Below are positions 59,649 to 64,000 of a DNA stretch of 64,000 bases, piece by piece. The notes beneath the pieces were generated by a model, which was given only the letters and a program-made list of their open reading frames with translations, ran no database searches and was not told the DNA's origin. How positions within the stretch are numbered: the first letter of the stretch is position 1; each line of letters begins with the position of its first letter. Origin of the DNA: an uncultured Verrucomicrobiae bacterium (GTDB lineage Bacteria > Verrucomicrobiota > Verrucomicrobiia > Limisphaerales > JAFGQR01). The position numbers and the translations under genes were made by a program. Location: positions 1 through 64,000 of the forward strand of contig CAWBHS010000088.1 in the NCBI GenBank assembly GCA_963788655.1, read 5' to 3'.

Positions 59649-60041
59649 TTAGCGGTGTTTGCTTTGCCCTCCCAGCGCGAAATAAAATCCAAAGCTGCCC
59701 CCCAGCAGAATCATAATCAAGGTGAGGGTGCGAAGCTGATGCAGGTGTGTGAGGAAATAGCTCAGGCTGTCGTCGGCCAGGAAAGGAAAGCCACGCCATT
59801 CGGCCAGCACACCCAACGCCAGAGCCAGGAATCCGCACAATCCTGCAAACGCCCACGAGCGGTGATGGATGAGCAAACCGCCGCCAAATCCCAATAACGC
59901 ACCCGGCAACGCCAGCATGTAAAAGCCCTGCCGGGCTACCCAGAGAAACACCACATAACCGAGCGCGCCTCCGGCCATCGCTCCGCCCAATCCAAGTAGA
60001 AAGTTGGCGGCGGTGTCGGGCTTGCGCAGGCGCGCGTCCAT
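59649..60041 (-). CDS. Small four-TM hypothetical membrane protein
   Basis: Gly-rich hydrophobic ORF directly downstream of recA. Confidence 0.7.
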   Translation of the reverse strand: MDARLRKPDTAANFLLGLGGAMAGGALGYVVFLWVARQGFYMLALPGALLGFGGGLLIHHRSWAFAGLCGFLALALGVLAEWRGFPFLADDSLSYFLTHLHQLRTLTLIMILLGGSFGFYFALGGQSKHR

Positions 60042-60063
60042 AACGGGGAAAACGGGACCGTGT

Positions 60064-61143
60064 TTACGGCGCCGGCGGCGCGGCGCGTTTAGCCAGGATG
60101 GCATCGACGATCTTTTGCGCCAGCTCCGGCTTTTCGACCAGCGCCAGCTGGGCAGCTTCCTTGCCCTGGCCGATCAATTCGCCATTGAATTGCATCCAGG
60201 CGCCTTTCTTTTCCACCACGCCATCGTTGATGCCGACTTCCAGGATGCTGCCTTCCTTGTTGATGCCGTGATTGTAGATGATGTCAAACTCGGCTTCGGC
60301 AAACGGCGGCGCCACCTTGTTCTTCACAACCTTGACTTTGACGTGATTGCCAACGGCGTTGCCGGACGCATCCTTGAGCGTTTCCTTGCGGCGGATGTCG
60401 ATGCCGCACGCTGGCGTAAAACTTCAGCGCCTTGCCGCCCGGGCGTGGTTTCGGGATTGCCAAACATCACGCCGACTTTCTCGCGAATTTGGTTGGTGAA
60501 AATGCAGGTCGTCTTGGCCTTTGCCAGAATGGCGGTGAGCTTGCGCAGCGCCTGGCTCATCAACCGCGCCTGCATGCCCATGGTGGCCATGCCCATTTCG
60601 CCTTCCAGTTCGGCCTTGGGCACCAGCGCGGCGACGGAATCCACCACGATGACGTCCAGCGCGTTGGAGCGCGCGAGGGTTTCGCAAATGCGTCAGCGCC
60701 TCTTCGCCGCTGTCCGGCTGCGAAACCAGCAAATCGTCCAGGTTCACGCCCAGCTTTTTGGCGTAGCCGGGATCCAGCGCGTGTTCGGCGTCAATGAAGG
60801 CCGCCAGACCGCCGGCTTTTTGCGCGTTGGCAATGACGTGGAGCATGAGCGTAGTTTTGCCCGAGGATTCCGGGCCATAAATTTCCACCACCCGGCCGCG
60901 CGGAATGCCGCCCACGCCCAGCGCCAGATCCACGCCCAGCGCGCCGGTGGGGATGACTTCGATTTTGACCCGCGCGTGTTCATCGCCCAGTCGCATGATG
61001 CTGCCTTCACCGTAGGATTTGGTGATCGCTGAGATGGCGGCATCCAGATCGCGTTGGCGGGTGGCGCTGAGTTTGGCGGCCTCGGCGGCTTTCGCGTCCG
61101 GCGTTTTGGTTTCATTGTTTTTTTCGGCAGCTTTGGGTGGCAT
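60064..61143 (-). CDS. recA: Recombinase A, apparent indels at ~60690 and ~60400-60440
   Basis: [59 protein letters not shown]. Confidence 0.95.
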
Positions 61144-61239
61144 AAGTTTGTTGTCGTTTGCTTTAGCGTCCTGGTTCTCGTTGCAGGGATGGTAATAAAT
61201 AAGTGGCCGGGCGAAGTCAATCCTTGGATTTCACCTGAA

Positions 61240-61351
61240 CCCACCTTGGGCGAGGATTTCAAATTCGTCAATCGGAGCGCGGACAAGAATGTCCGTCTGC
61301 CCGGCATCAACCACAGGCGGACAGGAATGTCTGCGCTCCGACCAAGGTGGG
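61240..61351. repeat. Palindromic element of the GGAGCGCGGACA family (as at 52888)
   Basis: TCGGAGCGCGGACA...TGTCTGCGCTCCGA (61272-61341), flanked by CCCACCTTGG / CCAAGGTGGG. Confidence 0.82.
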
Positions 61352-61542
61352 ACGCGCCTACGCCGAAGGTCGAGTCCGAATAAAGCTTTTCGATTCGATT
61401 ATGAACCGTTACAACAGCGGCGTTGCCGTTAGGCACGTTGCGCCGCCGCAGTTGCGGTCCAGGAATAAGTGGCAAGTCGCGCTGGCCGCGCCGCCGCAAC
61501 GCCAGTGGCCGACACGACGTTAAACAGGCAGAATCGACAACT

Positions 61543-62061
61543 ATGGCCCGATCCAGGAACAAACCGGTAGCAACCTCTCGATCACTCCAACAGCATCGCT
61601 TCCTCAAGACGGTGGTCTTGCTGCTGGTCGTGGGAGCCATCGCGGCGCTGGTTTACCATTTCATGGAACAACAAGCAGGTCCGGACGGGGCCGGTCCAGT
61701 TCCCTCCGGGCAAACCACCACCAATGCGGCTGCTACGTCTGCCCAGGTGAATCCCGGATTTAAGAAATTGATCGGCCGCTGGCAACGCCCCGATGGCGGC
61801 TATATTTTGGACATCAAGAGTGTCGAGCCGCAAGGAACTATGGCCGCCGCCTATTACAATCCGCAGCCCATCAACGTTGCCCGGGCCGAGGCGAAAGAAG
61901 TGGATGGGGCCACGAAAGTGTTCCTCGAACTGCGCGGACCGGGCTATCCCGGCAGCACCTACACGCTGACCTATCAGCCGGAGCGTGACGAGCTTGAAGG
62001 CGTTTATTTTCAGGCGGCCATGGGGGCGTATTATGACGTGTTTTTCGTGCGGATGAAATAA
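61543..62061 (+). CDS. Membrane-anchored hypothetical protein
   Basis: One TM, then GRWQRPDGGY.L.I...YYNP.PI.V...YPGSTYTL.Y. Confidence 0.75.
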   Translation: MARSRNKPVATSRSLQQHRFLKTVVLLLVVGAIAALVYHFMEQQAGPDGAGPVPSGQTTTNAAATSAQVNPGFKKLIGRWQRPDGGYILDIKSVEPQGTMAAAYYNPQPINVARAEAKEVDGATKVFLELRGPGYPGSTYTLTYQPERDELEGVYFQAAMGAYYDVFFVRMK

Positions 62062-62080
62062 TCGGTTTCTGCTCAGGCCC

Positions 62081-63250
62081 ATGGATGATTCCGCCCGCAA
62101 CCATTCGCCTCCGACCGGGAGCCCGCTTCCGGCTTATCTCAAGCTTCACGAATCGGCGGGCGAATTGGAACTCGAGTTGGGCGGCGACTGGCGAAACGCA
62201 GCCCGTACGCCGGACGGTCGGGAAATTGAGCGGCGCTTCGCGGCGGATGCGAAACCACGTGTCGTCAAATTCAGCACGGCCGGCGTCACGTCCTGGGATT
62301 CCCGATTGTTGACCTTCGTGCTTCAGACCAAGGAACTCTGTGCGCAACACGGAAGCACCTTTGCGACGGAAACGCTGCCCGGTAGTTTGCGGAAGTTGAT
62401 CGCACTGGCCGAGGCCGTTCCCGAAACCAAGGATGCGCGCCGGCAAGTCCGCAAGGTTGGTTTGGTGGCGCGCTTTGGCGAAGGAGGCTTGACGTTGTGG
62501 AATGCCGGCAAAGACATTTTGACCTTTCTGGGGCAGTGCGCGCTGGCGTTTCTCCAACTCCTGCGCGGCAAAGCCCGGTTCCGGTGGTCGGATGCCTTGG
62601 TGGTCATGCAAGAAACCGGGGCCGAGGCGTTGCCCATCGTCATGCTGATCAACCTGCTCGTCGGCTTGATCCTCGGCTTCGTGGGAACCGTGCAGTTGGC
62701 GGGTTTCGGTGCGGTGATTTACGTGGCGGATCTGGTCGGCATCGCCATGGTGCGGGAAATGGGCTGCATGATGACCGGCATCATTATGTCCGGCCGCACC
62801 GGCGCCGCCTTTGCCGCGCAACTGGGCACCATGAAGGTGAATGAAGAAATCGATGCCTTCCGCGTCCTGGGCATTTCCCCAATTGAATTCCTGGTGCTGC
62901 CCCGCATGGTGGCATTGTTTCTGATGATGCCGTTGCTCTGTGGGTTCGCCGATCTCATGGGCATTCTCGGCGGCCTGCTGGTGACCGTGGCCATGCACGG
63001 CCTTTCCGTGCGCGAATACTGGCATGAAACCGTGGCCGCCATCTCCATGACCAACTTCGTTTTGGGGATCGTGAAAGGATCGTTCTTTGGGCTGTTGATC
63101 GCCGTGACCGGATGCTTGCGGGGGGTGCAATGCGGTTCGACCGCGGCCGCCGTGGGCCGGGCCGCCACGTCCGCGGTGGTCCTGGGAATCACCTCCATCA
63201 TCGTCGCCGACGCCGTGTTTGCGGTGCTGTGTAATGTCCTGGGGATTTAA
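62081..63250 (+). CDS. mlaE: MlaE-family ABC permease with N-terminal STAS-like domain
   Basis: REMG.MMT.II..GRTGAAFAAQLGTMKVNEEIDA; AVGRAATSAVV. Confidence 0.92.
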   Translation: MDDSARNHSPPTGSPLPAYLKLHESAGELELELGGDWRNAARTPDGREIERRFAADAKPRVVKFSTAGVTSWDSRLLTFVLQTKELCAQHGSTFATETLPGSLRKLIALAEAVPETKDARRQVRKVGLVARFGEGGLTLWNAGKDILTFLGQCALAFLQLLRGKARFRWSDALVVMQETGAEALPIVMLINLLVGLILGFVGTVQLAGFGAVIYVADLVGIAMVREMGCMMTGIIMSGRTGAAFAAQLGTMKVNEEIDAFRVLGISPIEFLVLPRMVALFLMMPLLCGFADLMGILGGLLVTVAMHGLSVREYWHETVAAISMTNFVLGIVKGSFFGLLIAVTGCLRGVQCGSTAAAVGRAATSAVVLGITSIIVADAVFAVLCNVLGI

Positions 63251-63252
63251 GC

Positions 63253-64000
63253 ATGACCGTTTCCCAACCCAAGATTGAGATTCGCGACCTGGAGATGGCT
63301 TATGGCTCGTTTGTGGTCATGCGCAACGTTCACGCCATCGTTCAGCCCGGCGAAATTTTTGTCATCATGGGTGGCAGCGGTTGCGGCAAAAGCACGTTGC
63401 TGCGGCACCTGATTGGGCTCCAGGAACCGGTGCGCGGCGACATTCGGTATGACGGTCACAGTTTCACCGCCGCTGATCCGGCCACACGGGAAACGCTGCT
63501 GCGCCGGTTTGGCGTGCTCTTTCAGGCCGGGGCGCTGTGGAGTTCGATGACCCTGGCGGAAAACGTCGCGTTGCCATTGAGCGAATACACCGGCTATTCG
63601 CGGGCGGAAGTGGCGGCCATCGTGCGGGTGAAGCTGGCCCTGGTGGGCTTGAAAGGTTTCGACGATTTTTACCCGGCGCAACTTTCGGGCGGCATGCGCA
63701 AACGTGCCGCCCTGGCGCGGGCCATGGCGTTGGATCCGGACATCTTGTTTTTCGATGAACCCTCGGCCGGGCTGGATCCGTTGACGTCGCGCCGGTTGGA
63801 CGAATTGATCGTCCAATTGCGTGACAGCCTCGGCGCCACGGTGGTGGTGGTGACCCACGAATTGGACAGCATCTTCGCCATCGGTGATCAGGCGATCTTT
63901 CTCGACGCGGAAACCCGGACCGTCACGGCCTGGGGCAACCCGCGCGAATTGCGCGACCACAGTCCCGACCCGCACGTCCGCGAGTTTCTCTCCCGCGGTC
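63253..64000 (+). CDS. mlaF: MlaF-family ABC ATPase, runs off the window end (not in the ORF track)
   Basis: GGSGCGKST, LSGGMRKR, FFDEPSAGLDP, VTHEL. Confidence 0.92.
   Translation, partial: MTVSQPKIEIRDLEMAYGSFVVMRNVHAIVQPGEIFVIMGGSGCGKSTLLRHLIGLQEPVRGDIRYDGHSFTAADPATRETLLRRFGVLFQAGALWSSMTLAENVALPLSEYTGYSRAEVAAIVRVKLALVGLKGFDDFYPAQLSGGMRKRAALARAMALDPDILFFDEPSAGLDPLTSRRLDELIVQLRDSLGATVVVVTHELDSIFAIGDQAIFLDAETRTVTAWGNPRELRDHSPDPHVREFLSRG

Overview
GC-rich bacterial sequence. Gene content points to Verrucomicrobiota, probably a Pedosphaerales/Limisphaerales-like long-read assembly (inference). Bases 1-2110 (FkbM methyltransferase, tyrosine recombinase fragment, IS91-like transposase) are joined to the rest through back-to-back Oxford Nanopore adapter sequence at 2111-2161, so they are probably a chimeric, unrelated fragment. 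From 2163 the window holds, in order: (1) the 3' part of a Planctomycete/Verrucomicrobia-type (PVM) microcompartment locus, with two UPF0175/PIN toxin-antitoxin-like pairs embedded in it; (2) gltA, a PaaK-like ligase and the rpmH-rnpA-yidD-yidC-jag operon; (3) trkAH, hicBA, ald, a YihY protein and queA; (4) a dcw cluster from mraZ to ftsZ with no murC and at most a decayed trace of murD; (5) three CNNM/CBS genes, mdh and an orphan flagellin; (6) a decayed island next to tRNA-Pro(GGG); (7) a REC-PAS-PP2C phosphatase, recA and mlaEF. The most novel observation is a ~120-aa helical module (about 30% identity, nearly gap-free by hand alignment) inserted in frame into two unrelated membrane proteins, YidC and YihY. 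Many frameshifts are probably long-read indel errors. All assignments come from recognising motifs by eye; no database search was run.
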